Part shown: piece after piece, positions 37,274-47,897 of the stretch
Position numbering within the stretch: the first letter of the stretch is position 1
Layout: each line of letters begins with the position of its first letter
Origin: Desulfosoma sp.
Lineage (GTDB): Bacteria > Desulfobacterota > Syntrophobacteria > Syntrophobacterales > DSM-9756
Length of the DNA stretch: 64,000 nt
Direction: 5' to 3'
Assembly: GCA_037481835.1 (NCBI GenBank)
Contig: JBBFKW010000010.1
Location: 32,001-96,000 of the forward strand
Program-made: the position numbers and the translations under genes
The notes under the pieces: model-generated
What the model saw: the letters and a program-made list of their open reading frames with translations, nothing else
The model's database searches: none
What the model was told of the DNA's origin: nothing

Positions 37274-40200
37274 CGGTCTTCGCCGAAAAGAAAGTCCGTG
37301 CGGGGACCCGCTGCAGACGATCGTCGTCGTGGGCGGTGGTGTGGCGGGAATGCACGCGGCCCTGCAGGCCGCCGACCTGGGACACCCCGTGGTGGTGCTG
37401 GAAAGGGACTTGGCCCTGGGCGGACACATGGCCCAGCTGGACAAGACCTACCCCACGCTGGACTGTTCCCTGTGCATCTTGTCGCCTCGGCTTCTCGCTT
37501 TCGGCCGGCACCCGAGGATTCGCGTGCTCGTGCGGGCTCGGCTGGAAAACGTGGAAGGCTGCGCCGGCTCCTTCGTCTGCACCGTCACCCAGGAACCCGC
37601 TTCCGTCAATGCGGAAAAGTGTATCGGGTGCGGCTCCTGCGCTCGAGCCTGCCCCGTGGAACAGCCCGATCCTTTCAATCTCGATCTCGGCCCGACCAAA
37701 GCCATCCGGACCCTCTACCCCCAGGCCTTTCCTTCCACGCACGCCATAGACCGCCGATACTGCCTGCATTTTCAGGGGAAAGACTGCCGCCGCTGCGCGG
37801 AAGTCTGCCCCACGGGGGCCATCGACTTTGAAGAGCGGCCTCACGTCATGGAACTGGAAGCAGGGGCCGTGATTCTGGCCGGAGGGTTCGATCTTCTCGA
37901 CCGTCGATTCATCGCTCATCCCCATTGGTTCGATTCCCCGCACGTGGTGACCAACCTGGCCTTGGAACGGTATCTCAGCGCCACGGGTCCCACACGCGGG
38001 GTGGTACATCCCCGGGGCCTGATCGCACCACCCCGGCATATCGTCTTCGCCCAGTGCGTGGGATCCAGGGATCCGGTCCACGGCGTCCCGTATTGTTCGG
38101 GGTATTGCTGCACCGCGGCTCTGAAACATATCCAACTCACGGCCGCTCTGCCCCACGTGGAGCGCATCACCCTGTGCGCCATGGACGTGCGGGCCCACGG
38201 CCGGGACTGCGAACCCTTCTTCCGCCGGGTGCAGGCCATGGACAAGGTCCGCCTCCTCCACGGCCGGGTGGCGGACATCGTCCCCTTGGGCACGGACCGC
38301 GGGGTGGAGGTTTTGGCGTCACACGGCGGCAAACCGCTGAGGATGGAAGCGGACCTGGTCGTCTTGGCCATGGGCATGCGCCCGTCCGCGGAGGCCCTTC
38401 GGATCGCCAAGGCTCTGGGACTGCAGACGGATCCCTTCGGGTTCGTTCGGATCAAGGAACATCACACGGTGCACACGTCCCGGGACGGGGTCTATGCCTG
38501 CGGGGCCTTCATGGGGCCCAAGAGTATCCCGTCCACGGTTCAGGAAGCCTGCGCGGCGGCCATCGCCGCCAGCGCCCGATTGACGATCCGGCCCGAAGCC
38601 TCCCTCAGCGATGTTCCCGCCACGGCTCCATCTCCCGCCCCCCAAGCCTCCGTCGCCAAAACTATCCAAGAACCCGACGGGCCCGCGCCGCGTGGGGCGT
38701 CCCAAACCGCCCTTCGGATCGGGGTCTTCGTCTGCCGGTGCGGCACGAACATCGCCGGGGTCATCGATACGGCCGAGGTGGCCCGATGGGTGAAAAAGCT
38801 TCCCGATGTGGCCTACGCCGCCGAAAATCTTTTTTCCTGTTCCACGGACGCCACCACCCGCATGGCCCGCATCATCCGGGAAAAGGGCCTGAACCGCATC
38901 GTCGTGGCGGCTTGTTCGCCGCGAAGCCATCTCCCGGTCTTTCAAGAGGTCTTGGCCAAGGCGGGGCTTCCCCCCGGATACATCCGCATGGTCAACATCC
39001 GGGAACAATGTTCCTGGGTGCATCCGGATAAACCCCACGAGGCCCTGGTGAAGGCCAAGGCGCTCCTCGCCGGCACCCTGGCCCATGTTCGCGCCGCCTG
39101 GGCTGCTCCCCCCATGGCCTTCCCCGTAACGCCGTCGGCCCTCGTGCTGGGAAGCAGCGTCGCAGCCCTGACGGCCGCCCTGCGCCTCGCGGACAACGGG
39201 ATTCGGGTTCTTGTGGCGGAATCCGGAGACACCTTCGGGGGGCGGCTGTCCCAAGCCTATTTCGGACGGCCGGAAGTGAACGTCAACCGGCTCTATCGCC
39301 ATTTCCTCAGCCGCATTCGAACCCAACCGCTCCTGCGCGTGCTCATGCACACCGAACTTGCAGACTGCCGGGGAAGCCTGGGACGTTTTCATGTGGAACT
39401 TCGGCAGCGGCGTCCAGGGGCTGCATCCGCCGCCGAGCGCATTGAAGAAACCGTAGGGGCCATCCTCATCGCCGTAGGGGCCGATGTCTGGAAACCGGAC
39501 AACCTCTACGGGTATGGGCACAGCCCCTTGGTGCTGACCCAAGCCGAACTCGCAACGGCGCTGGAACGCGGGACCGTGGATCTCGCCCGGGCCCGCACCG
39601 TTTTCATGATCCAGTGCGTGGGATCCCGAAACGACGAACGCCCCTACTGCAGCCGCTCATGCTGCCAGCAGGCCGTCTCCCATGCTTTGGAACTCAAGGA
39701 CCACTTCCCGCACCTTCAAATCACCATCGTCCATCGGGATATGCGCACCTACGGGCTGGCGGAAATCACTTATCAAAAAGCGCGGCAAGCGGGGATCCGG
39801 TTCCTGCGCTACGACGAAAAACAGCCGCCCCGGGTGGAACCCACCCGATTCGGTCGACGCTCCACCCTGGATATCCGGTGGGACGATCCCGACACCGGCG
39901 ATTTTTTCCACGAACGCGCCGATCTCCTGGTTTTGAGCACCGCGACGGTGCCCAGCCCGGAAAACCGGCACCTCGCCTCAATCCTTCGGGTGCCGCTCAG
40001 CGCCGATGGCTTTTTCTTGGAACGACACGTCAAGCTCGCCCCGGTGGAAACGGCCGTAGAGGGCATTTTCATCGCCGGTCAGTGCCATTCCCCGAAGACC
40101 ATCACAGAGGCCTTGGTCCAAGGCGATGCGGCGGCGGCCAAGATGCTGGCGGTCCTCCGACAAGGGAGCGTGCGCCGGGCCGCCTTCGTGGCGGTCATCG

Positions 40201-40412
40201 ATCCCGGCCGGTGTTCGCGATGCTTGAGCTGTGCAGCGGTCTGCCCCGCACAGGCCGTAACGGTTCCGGCAGTGGGGCCGCTCCGAGTGGACCCCGGGGC
40301 GTGCCAAGGCTGCGGCCTGTGCGCGGCCGAATGCCCCGCCCGAGCCATCGATGTGGCCGGAGCCGAAGAGGCCGGCTTACTCGGAGGGATGCCGTCCGTC
40401 TTTTGCGCCTGA
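37266..40412 (+). CDS. hdrA: Large HdrA-like protein with two HdrA modules
   Basis: GGGVAG, LDKTYPTLDCS, QCVGSR..CSGYCC; second module CRCGTNI, NIREQCSWVH, QCVGSR..CSRSCC; C-terminal 2x[4Fe-4S]. Confidence 0.85.
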   Translation: MASGLRRKESPCGDPLQTIVVVGGGVAGMHAALQAADLGHPVVVLERDLALGGHMAQLDKTYPTLDCSLCILSPRLLAFGRHPRIRVLVRARLENVEGCAGSFVCTVTQEPASVNAEKCIGCGSCARACPVEQPDPFNLDLGPTKAIRTLYPQAFPSTHAIDRRYCLHFQGKDCRRCAEVCPTGAIDFEERPHVMELEAGAVILAGGFDLLDRRFIAHPHWFDSPHVVTNLALERYLSATGPTRGVVHPRGLIAPPRHIVFAQCVGSRDPVHGVPYCSGYCCTAALKHIQLTAALPHVERITLCAMDVRAHGRDCEPFFRRVQAMDKVRLLHGRVADIVPLGTDRGVEVLASHGGKPLRMEADLVVLAMGMRPSAEALRIAKALGLQTDPFGFVRIKEHHTVHTSRDGVYACGAFMGPKSIPSTVQEACAAAIAASARLTIRPEASLSDVPATAPSPAPQASVAKTIQEPDGPAPRGASQTALRIGVFVCRCGTNIAGVIDTAEVARWVKKLPDVAYAAENLFSCSTDATTRMARIIREKGLNRIVVAACSPRSHLPVFQEVLAKAGLPPGYIRMVNIREQCSWVHPDKPHEALVKAKALLAGTLAHVRAAWAAPPMAFPVTPSALVLGSSVAALTAALRLADNGIRVLVAESGDTFGGRLSQAYFGRPEVNVNRLYRHFLSRIRTQPLLRVLMHTELADCRGSLGRFHVELRQRRPGAASAAERIEETVGAILIAVGADVWKPDNLYGYGHSPLVLTQAELATALERGTVDLARARTVFMIQCVGSRNDERPYCSRSCCQQAVSHALELKDHFPHLQITIVHRDMRTYGLAEITYQKARQAGIRFLRYDEKQPPRVEPTRFGRRSTLDIRWDDPDTGDFFHERADLLVLSTATVPSPENRHLASILRVPLSADGFFLERHVKLAPVETAVEGIFIAGQCHSPKTITEALVQGDAAAAKMLAVLRQGSVRRAAFVAVIDPGRCSRCLSCAAVCPAQAVTVPAVGPLRVDPGACQGCGLCAAECPARAIDVAGAEEAGLLGGMPSVFCA

Positions 40413-40451
40413 AGATACGGTTTGCACCAAAACGCATGCAAGGAGCCGACG

Positions 40452-41441
40452 ATGCAAACGGAAGCGCCGGAAAGAAATTTGGGACTGGATCTGGTTCGCG
40501 TGACGGAGGCCGCGGCGCTGGCCGCCGCGCGGTGGCTCGGCCGTGGGGACGGAAAAGCCGGAGACAAGGCGGCTGTGGATGCCATGCGGTTGAGCTTCAA
40601 TGCGGTGGATATCGACGGCCTCGTCGTCATCGGCGAAGGGGAAAAGGACAAGGCCCCCATGCTCTACAACGGGGAAAAACTCGGCACGGGACGCGGTCCC
40701 AAAGTGGACGTGGCCGTCGACCCCGTGGAAGGGACGCGCCTCTTGGCTTACGGCAGGCCCAACGCCATCTCCGTGGTGGCCATGGCCCCCCGAGGATCCA
40801 TGTACAACCCGGGCCCCGCCTTCTACATGAACAAGCTGGCGGTTCCGCCCCAGGCACGCGATGCCATCGATCTGGACGCCTCTCCCGAAGATAACCTCAA
40901 GAAGATCGCCAAAGCCCTGGGAAAGGACGTGGACGACCTCACCGTGTTCGTCCTGGACAAACCGCGCCACAAGGACCTCATCGCCCACATCCGAAAAGCC
41001 GGCGCCCGAATCCAGCTCCACACCGACGGCGACGTGGCGGGCGCGCTCATGGCCGTGTTGCCTGACACGAGCGTGGATGTCATGATGGGCACCGGCGGAA
41101 CGCCCGAAGGGGTTCTCGCGGCGGCGGCCATCAAGGTCGTGGGCGGCGAAATGCTGGGGCGCCTCGATCCTCAATCGGCCGCCGAACGGGAGGCGCTGCT
41201 CAAGGCCGGCTACGACCTGCACAGGGTGCTCTCTACCAACGACTTGGTGCGAAGCGACGACGTCTTCTTTGCGGCCACGGGCATCAGCGGGGGCGATTTC
41301 CTCCCGGGCGTGCGCTTCACAGGTCGGGGTGCCGTGACCCACTCCCTGGTCATGCGAGGAAAAACGGGCACGGTGCGCCGCATCGAGGCGTTCCATTCCT
41401 TCGCCCAGCTCATGCAAATCAGCGCCATCAGCTATGATTGA
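40452..41441 (+). CDS. glpX: Class II fructose-1,6-bisphosphatase
   Basis: VRVTEAAA, IGEGEKDKAPML, VDPVEGT, GTGGTPEG, FAATGI. Confidence 0.95.
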   Translation: MQTEAPERNLGLDLVRVTEAAALAAARWLGRGDGKAGDKAAVDAMRLSFNAVDIDGLVVIGEGEKDKAPMLYNGEKLGTGRGPKVDVAVDPVEGTRLLAYGRPNAISVVAMAPRGSMYNPGPAFYMNKLAVPPQARDAIDLDASPEDNLKKIAKALGKDVDDLTVFVLDKPRHKDLIAHIRKAGARIQLHTDGDVAGALMAVLPDTSVDVMMGTGGTPEGVLAAAAIKVVGGEMLGRLDPQSAAEREALLKAGYDLHRVLSTNDLVRSDDVFFAATGISGGDFLPGVRFTGRGAVTHSLVMRGKTGTVRRIEAFHSFAQLMQISAISYD

Positions 41442-41510
41442 AATCCGCCGGATCCAAGGCCTTCGGCCGGAACAGAAGACGGGCGCCATGGATGCCGAAG
41501 GCCGGCCGGC

Positions 41511-43004
41511 TCAACGGAAAGGCCCGGCCGCGGACGACTCCGTTTCTTCCGCCGTCGCGGAGCGTTCCCGGCTTTTGGGCAAAGAAATGGTGAAGACCAC
41601 GTGGGGATCTTCCCGGGAGAATGTAAGCACCCCGCCCATGGTGCGAATCAGGCGGTAACACAAGGGCAGCCCGATGGTTTGACCGCCTTCGTCGAAAGGC
41701 AGAAACAGGGCTTCGGGCTGTGTCGGGATGGGTTTCCGACACGGGTTCTGAAACCGAATGAGGACGTGCTGGGCGCTGGCATAAGCCCGCACCACCAGCT
41801 CGTCCCCTTTGTGCATGGCCTGAATGGCGTTTCGGACCAAGTTGATGAACACCTGCAAGAGCCCATTGGCATCCACGGGCAACGGCCCAAGCCCGGGTTC
41901 CACTTCCAACCGACACCGCATGCCGCGCCGTTCCAGCTCCAAGCCCATGAGCTCCTTGCATCGGCCCAGAATCTCTTCCAGGCAATGCTCCCCCAGGGTG
42001 ATTTCCACAGGGGAAAGATAGTTTCGAATCCGATCCAAGATCCTTTCCAGCCTCCGGCACTCGTCCAGGATGATGGCCGCTTCGGAAGATTCCGGGTGTT
42101 GCATGTGCAGCCGCCGAGCAAACCCGCCGATGGCGACCAAAGGGTTTCGGATTTCATGAGCCACCTCGGCGGCCACGGCGCCCAAGGTTTTTAATTTTTC
42201 TTTCTGGACCAAAGCCTTTTCCAAAAGCACCCTGTCGGTGATGTCCACCGCGATGCCTTCCAAGTGGCGGGGTCTCCCGCCCCGAAACGGACTTGCCGGG
42301 ACGAAAGTTTTCACAAGACAATGAAGGACATGCCCTTCCCGATGCCTGAAACGGCACTCCAAGAAGCCGGCCTCGCAAAGCCCTTCGAAAACGTCCCGAA
42401 CGTGATCCCTCAGCCGAGCCCGATCCTCTTCCACGACTCGTTCGAGCAGCCACCCCTCCCGATCGACGACCTCGTCGGGCTCGTAGCCGAGAACGCTCCG
42501 AAAGGCTTGATTGACAAAGCCGAGGCCGAAATCTTTTCGCAACGAAAAAATCATCATCGGGGCATGCTGCACCAGGTCCGCATAGCGCTGCTCCGCCCTC
42601 CGGATGCGCTCCCGAAAGGCCTGGCGTTCCCGATGCCGGCGAATGCACATGAAGACGTCTTCGATGCTGAAGGGCTTTCGGATGAAATCGGCCACCCCCA
42701 CCTTAATGGCCTGAACGGCGTTGTCCAGGGTCCCGTAACCGGTCATGATGACCACGTCCCGATGGGGATCCTTGGCCTTGAGCCGGGCGGTCAGTTCCAG
42801 TCCCGTCATGCCCGGAAGTTCGATGTCGAGAAACGCCAGGGAAAAGGGTTCCGACTCGCAGAAGGCTAAAGCATCTCGGGGATGGGACGCCAGCAAAGGG
42901 CTGTAGCCTTCTTGCCGCAGCACTTCTCCCATGAGCTCCAAGACACCGGGGTCGTCGTCCACAACCAGGATTTGTTCCCCAGAGGAAAGGCCCTCGTCGT
43001 GCAT
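41511..43004 (-). CDS. Receiver-PAS-histidine kinase
   Basis: ILVVDDD..LDIELPG, PAS, AHEIRNPL, NLVRNA; divergent G boxes. Confidence 0.88.
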   Translation of the reverse strand: MHDEGLSSGEQILVVDDDPGVLELMGEVLRQEGYSPLLASHPRDALAFCESEPFSLAFLDIELPGMTGLELTARLKAKDPHRDVVIMTGYGTLDNAVQAIKVGVADFIRKPFSIEDVFMCIRRHRERQAFRERIRRAEQRYADLVQHAPMMIFSLRKDFGLGFVNQAFRSVLGYEPDEVVDREGWLLERVVEEDRARLRDHVRDVFEGLCEAGFLECRFRHREGHVLHCLVKTFVPASPFRGGRPRHLEGIAVDITDRVLLEKALVQKEKLKTLGAVAAEVAHEIRNPLVAIGGFARRLHMQHPESSEAAIILDECRRLERILDRIRNYLSPVEITLGEHCLEEILGRCKELMGLELERRGMRCRLEVEPGLGPLPVDANGLLQVFINLVRNAIQAMHKGDELVVRAYASAQHVLIRFQNPCRKPIPTQPEALFLPFDEGGQTIGLPLCYRLIRTMGGVLTFSREDPHVVFTISLPKSRERSATAEETESSAAGPFR

Positions 43005-43142
43005 CGGTACCTCCTCATCCCCCGGACGAAAAATCGGGGGACTCTTTCGTCAAACAGGGCGGTGCCGCCAGATGGGTCTGTTAAATTCTTGACGAAAAGC
43101 GAAACAAAAAAAAGGGGGGCCGAGGATTTTTTGTGAATGCGC

Positions 43143-44012
43143 TCAAACTCGGTTGGTGAGGCTAACCCCAATGCAGATCAAGAGAGCGCCGACGATAAAG
43201 GACGGCTCCAGGCGTTCGCCCAAAAAGACCACGCCCATGAGCACGGCACTCAAGGGCACCAGGTTGATGAAAACCCCGGCCCTGGCGGGACCGATGGCTC
43301 GAATCCCTTCGTAATACCAGCGAAATCCCAAAAAAGACCCGAAAAAACCCAGGTAGAACAGGCTCGCCCACGCGGAAGCGCTGTAGGTGAAAAGGTGTTT
43401 CCAGACCCCTTCAATGCCTGCCGGAACGGCGAGAAGCAATGTCCCGACAAGGCAGGAATAGGCGACGGCCGCTTCCGGCGAGACGCTTTTCATGACCGTT
43501 TTGCCCACCAGGGAGTAAGCCACCCAGCTGGCCACACAGCCGAGGATCAGCCCATCGCCCACACCCAGACCGCCGTTCCACGCCGCGGCCGGATGTCCCT
43601 TGGAAATCACGATAACGGCACCGAAAACCGAAAGGAGAATGCCCCCGGCCCGCACCATCCCCAGGCTTTCCTTGTAAATGAGGGACGAAAAGAGGGCGAT
43701 CATGGCGGGGTTGCAGGCGATGATCAAAGAGGCACGACTTGCGGGAATGTGCTTGAGCCCTGAGAAGAAAAAGGCGTTATAGGAAAAAATTCCGGTCGCT
43801 CCCAAGACAAGGAACCACGCCCACTGGGAAAGGGAAAACGACGGCAGGGGGCTTCGGGTGAGCAGGAAGCCGAACAAAAACACGGACGCCCACACGAACC
43901 GAAGAAAGGCGGCCGAAAAGGGAGGCACTTCCAAGGCCAGCATCCTTCCCGCAATAAAGGTGCCTCCCCAGAAAAGGGCGGTCAGTGTCAGTTTGAGATA
44001 GGTCATGCCCAT
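43143..44012 (-). CDS. DMT/EamA family transporter
   Basis: LFWGG, AFLRF, two EamA halves, FINLVP, FLGE. Confidence 0.88.
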   Translation of the reverse strand: MGMTYLKLTLTALFWGGTFIAGRMLALEVPPFSAAFLRFVWASVFLFGFLLTRSPLPSFSLSQWAWFLVLGATGIFSYNAFFFSGLKHIPASRASLIIACNPAMIALFSSLIYKESLGMVRAGGILLSVFGAVIVISKGHPAAAWNGGLGVGDGLILGCVASWVAYSLVGKTVMKSVSPEAAVAYSCLVGTLLLAVPAGIEGVWKHLFTYSASAWASLFYLGFFGSFLGFRWYYEGIRAIGPARAGVFINLVPLSAVLMGVVFLGERLEPSFIVGALLICIGVSLTNRV

Positions 44013-44018
44013 GGAGGG

Positions 44019-47000
44019 TTAGGAGTCTTCCTCCAGGAGTCGGCGCACGAATTCCCTGTCCTCTTCGGTGACACTCTCCAAGTGGATACCCACCAGGTGG
44101 GATCCTCCGTGGCCGTTGGATCCATCGACCCGACACCACACGACCCGCCCTTTGAGGCGCCTGGCGTGTTCCTCTCCGGCCTTCACACTCAGGCAGACCG
44201 GCTCATCGGCTTCCATGGGCACACCGCAGCCGATGAGCAGCCCGTCTTCACTGAGGTTCTTCGCCCGTGCAGGAAACGACCCCCGGTTCGACTCCACGAT
44301 GACTTCCTGATCCACCCTCTTTCTTTCGCGTCGACGCCGTTCGCCGTGAGGCACCACCCGCTGAAGGGTTTCAGCGAGTTTTCGAATGGTGAAAGGTTTC
44401 GTCACCACGCCCGCGAAGCCGTAGTCGCTGTAGCGATCCACGATGTCGTCCTGGATGTAGCCGCTTGAGACGATGGCTTTCACGGCTGGATCCAGAGCGC
44501 GGATCCTTTCCAAAGTCTCTTTGGCGCCCATGCCTCCGCGGACGGTAAGATCCAGAATGGCGGCCGCATAAGGCCTTCCCTGCCTGAGAGCCCTTTCGTA
44601 CTTCTGCACGGCCTCCTGGCCGTCCGTCGCCACGTCCGTTTCATAACCCAGGTGAGTCAGCATCTCCTGGACGATGTTCCTGACGGACTCCTCGTCGTCC
44701 ATGACCAGAATGCGCCCACGGCCCGTGTGCAACGGCTTCGGGTCCTCCTGGACCTTCGGCGCCATGTGATCCGCCGCCGGAAGGTAGAGGTGGAAGACGG
44801 CCCCTTTGCCTTCCTCGGATTCCACGGTGACGCATCCGCCGTGGCGTTTCATGACCGAATAGACGATGGCCAGGCCCAACCCCGTGCCCTTCTCGCTGGT
44901 GCGCGTCTTCGTCGTGAAATAGGGATCGAAGATGCGGTCCAAGTACTCGGCCTTGATCCCCACCCCTTCGTCCCGGACCGCAATGTGCACATAGGAGCCC
45001 TCGGGCAGGGGGAGTCCCGAACCTTCGCGGATGTCACAGTTTTCCGCCGAAATCCACACCATCCCCCCCTTGGGCATGGCGTGCTTGGCGTTGATGAGCA
45101 GGTTGCTGATCACCTGATTCATCTGGGCCACATCCACATCCACCGGCTGGAGATCCTCGGGCAAATCAAACTGCACTTTGACATTGGACCCTGAAAGGAC
45201 GAACTCGGCCCCTTCCCGAAGAATCTGAGCGATGTCCGTGGTCTTCTTGATAGGGGTTCCGCCTTTGGACAAGCTCAGCAATTGCTGGGTGAGTTCCTTG
45301 GCGCGAAGCACCCCTTTTTCCGCCTCGGCGATCCTCGGCTCCAGTTTTTCCGGCTGATTCAAAAACATGCGGGCCAGGTTGAGGTTGCCCAGGATGCCCA
45401 TCATGATGTTGTTAAAGTCGTGGGCGATCCCGCCGGCCAAAATGCGGATGGACTCCAGCTTCCGGGCCCGAAGCACTTCCGTTTCCATCTTCTTCTGATA
45501 AGTGAGGTCGCGCAGCGCGAAGATGACGCCGACGGTTCCGCCATGGTGATCCACAATGGGTGCACCGCACAGGGCCACGGGCTTTAGGGTGCCGTTTCGG
45601 GCCGTCACCGCCAGCTCGTTCGGGTATTCCAAGGGCCCGCCCTTGTCCAGCACCAAGGAAACCGGATCCGGCAAGACTTCTTCCGACGGGGTCCGAACCA
45701 GCCGAAGGATATGACCGGCCGGCTGGCCCACGGCTTCAGCTTCGTCCCACCCGGTGAGCTTTGAAGCCCCTTCGTTGAAAAGAACCACGCGGCCCGCCGT
45801 GTCGGTGGCGATGACGGCTTCGGCGATACTCTTGAGCGTGACGGCCAGGCGTTCCTTTTCATCGCGATAGCGCGCCTGAGCTTCCCGGAGTTCCTTCATG
45901 GTGCGGCCGGCTTGGGCCAGGGCCGCGGAGAGCTTGTCGCTGAGATCCCGGGCTTTTTCGGCGAGCCGGATCTGACGCACACACGAGGACAAAACCCGGC
46001 CCAGCTTTTCGTAGACCGAAACGGGACGGACGGCGTCGGGCTCGTCGTGGTGGAGGGCTTCCTCATGGAGGAGGATCTCCCCGACAACCGCATCGTCCAC
46101 CAGAATGGGCACGGCGATGTAGGGGGGGTGATACTGCACGCGCCGATCCATGGAGGCCCCGCCCGCGGTGAAACTGTAGCGCTTTCGAAAGGCGCCCATG
46201 AGCTGGCGCAGTTCCGGCGGCATGCGGTTCAAGACGTCCCGGCCGTTGCCGCCGTCTTTCGATAAGGCGAAAGGACAGCACGGCTCACCCTCTTTCCACC
46301 AACATCCATGCATTGCCGGGCCCGCATCGTCCCACACATAGACGACGCCGTGGTCCACCCCAAGGATGTCGGCAACGCGCCGTGCCGCCTCTTCAAGCAT
46401 TGTGGGCAGGTCCGCGTTCGGCGCCAAGAACCCTTCCAGAGCATCCAAGGCCTCGCGGTCGCGTTCGCTCCCGCGCCATCGTTCCATGTGCAGGCCTTGG
46501 GACGCCATTCGGGACAAATGCTGATTGGCGCGCTGCAGCGCGCTGAAATAAAAAGACAGTTCGTCCTGTTCAAAGTCCAGAAGAGCCGTTCGGGCGCTGT
46601 AGCGCTTGGCGATCCGGCTCTTGACGTGATCGCAGTCCGAAAGGGTCAAGTGGAAATGGTCCAAGAGCGCGGGATCGGGACTCTGGAACAGTTCCACCGC
46701 CACGGCATCGGCCATGAGCTCGTGGGCCACATGGTCGGAGAGATTGACCAGCAGGCTGAGGTCTCTGATTTCCGGGTCCGGAATGTCCATGAGTTTCAGG
46801 ACATCCGGGCTGTGGTGATGCCACCACAGAGGAAAGGTCAGAATCGGGGGCAGCTCCCACTTTTCCGCAAGCCAGCGCGCCACCGTGGCATGGTCCACGC
46901 CCAAGAGATCCTGCTCCGCAGCCGCCATGGTCATGCCGCTCTCCCGGGCCGCCTTTTCCACCTCTTGATAGGTTTCGGCGGCGCATTCCATGAAAAGGAG

Positions 47001-47486
47001 TTTGCCCACATCGTGGAGCAACCCCAAGACAAAGGCCTCCGACGACCTCTTGGGCAGCACCTTTTCGGCAAACAGCTCGCAGCACACGGCACACGCCAGG
47101 GAATGCTCCCACAAGGCCTGCTGATCCTTGCGGGCACGGCGCCGCAGTTCTTTGATGAGCGATTCGGAAACGGTCACACTGAGGAGCATGCAGCGAAGCT
47201 GTTCCATGCCGAGCAAGGTGACGGCGCGCTGCAAGGTGGCCACTTTCTTTCGAAACCCGTAATAGCTGGAATTGACCAACCGCAGCAGTTTCATGGCCAA
47301 ACCCTGGTCCGTTTCCAAGAGCTTGACCACGCGCTCCATATCCGGGCGGGCTTGCGTCAGGGTGTTGAGGATGTTGGAGGCGACGGCGGGGGCCGATGGG
47401 AGCGCTTCCAGAGTGCGGATGACCTTGCGCACCTCCTCTTTCAAAGACCCGTTGGGATGTTCCAAGGGCGGTCCTTTGTCGCTCAT
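44019..47486 (-). CDS. HDOD-PAS-histidine kinase-receiver-PilZ protein
   Basis: LLRLVNS..LWEHS..LLHDVGK (HDOD), GIAHDFNN, FTTK, VMDDE, RRRRERKR..NLSEDG (PilZ). Confidence 0.88.
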   Translation of the reverse strand: MSDKGPPLEHPNGSLKEEVRKVIRTLEALPSAPAVASNILNTLTQARPDMERVVKLLETDQGLAMKLLRLVNSSYYGFRKKVATLQRAVTLLGMEQLRCMLLSVTVSESLIKELRRRARKDQQALWEHSLACAVCCELFAEKVLPKRSSEAFVLGLLHDVGKLLFMECAAETYQEVEKAARESGMTMAAAEQDLLGVDHATVARWLAEKWELPPILTFPLWWHHHSPDVLKLMDIPDPEIRDLSLLVNLSDHVAHELMADAVAVELFQSPDPALLDHFHLTLSDCDHVKSRIAKRYSARTALLDFEQDELSFYFSALQRANQHLSRMASQGLHMERWRGSERDREALDALEGFLAPNADLPTMLEEAARRVADILGVDHGVVYVWDDAGPAMHGCWWKEGEPCCPFALSKDGGNGRDVLNRMPPELRQLMGAFRKRYSFTAGGASMDRRVQYHPPYIAVPILVDDAVVGEILLHEEALHHDEPDAVRPVSVYEKLGRVLSSCVRQIRLAEKARDLSDKLSAALAQAGRTMKELREAQARYRDEKERLAVTLKSIAEAVIATDTAGRVVLFNEGASKLTGWDEAEAVGQPAGHILRLVRTPSEEVLPDPVSLVLDKGGPLEYPNELAVTARNGTLKPVALCGAPIVDHHGGTVGVIFALRDLTYQKKMETEVLRARKLESIRILAGGIAHDFNNIMMGILGNLNLARMFLNQPEKLEPRIAEAEKGVLRAKELTQQLLSLSKGGTPIKKTTDIAQILREGAEFVLSGSNVKVQFDLPEDLQPVDVDVAQMNQVISNLLINAKHAMPKGGMVWISAENCDIREGSGLPLPEGSYVHIAVRDEGVGIKAEYLDRIFDPYFTTKTRTSEKGTGLGLAIVYSVMKRHGGCVTVESEEGKGAVFHLYLPAADHMAPKVQEDPKPLHTGRGRILVMDDEESVRNIVQEMLTHLGYETDVATDGQEAVQKYERALRQGRPYAAAILDLTVRGGMGAKETLERIRALDPAVKAIVSSGYIQDDIVDRYSDYGFAGVVTKPFTIRKLAETLQRVVPHGERRRRERKRVDQEVIVESNRGSFPARAKNLSEDGLLIGCGVPMEADEPVCLSVKAGEEHARRLKGRVVWCRVDGSNGHGGSHLVGIHLESVTEEDREFVRRLLEEDS

Positions 47487-47768
47487 CGCGTGCCTATCCT
47501 GTCAAGGGATGGTCGGCTCTCACAAGGTCCTCTTTCGGCCTCGTCCCTTTATTCGGCATCCAAACCGTATAACACAAGAAAAAAATCACGGCTCTCGGGC
47601 GACTCAGCTCCTTTTGGGCAAAAAATATCCATGGCGAACCCATTCGGCCGAAGATCTCTCAGAAAGCCGTGACCATTTGAGGGCGATACGGGTATAATTT
47701 ATCCACTCAGGTTTTGTTTCGACAAAGACCATGGCCGTCGTTCGAGGTATTGCGGGGAGCGTGCCTTT

Positions 47769-47784
47769 TGGCGCACTTCTTGAT
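47769..47784 (+). promoter_or_regulatory. Possible sigma-54 -24/-12 promoter
   Basis: TGGCGCACTTCTTGAT: GG-N10-GA, non-canonical -12. Confidence 0.3.
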
Positions 47785-47897
47785 AAGGTAAAAAAACTGC
47801 ACGTGGAATGATTCGGAGGAGCAGCCAGACCCGCGATCCAAATCGCCGTCGCGCCCGTTCCTCCAGGAAAACCCATCGAATGCCGCGAGGGAGGCTC

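Noticed and set aside
28816..40412. Selenocysteine readthrough in hdr/mvhD/fwd-like genes
   Set aside because: ORFs are continuous with Cys at the usual positions; no in-frame TGA at the FwdB ligand site
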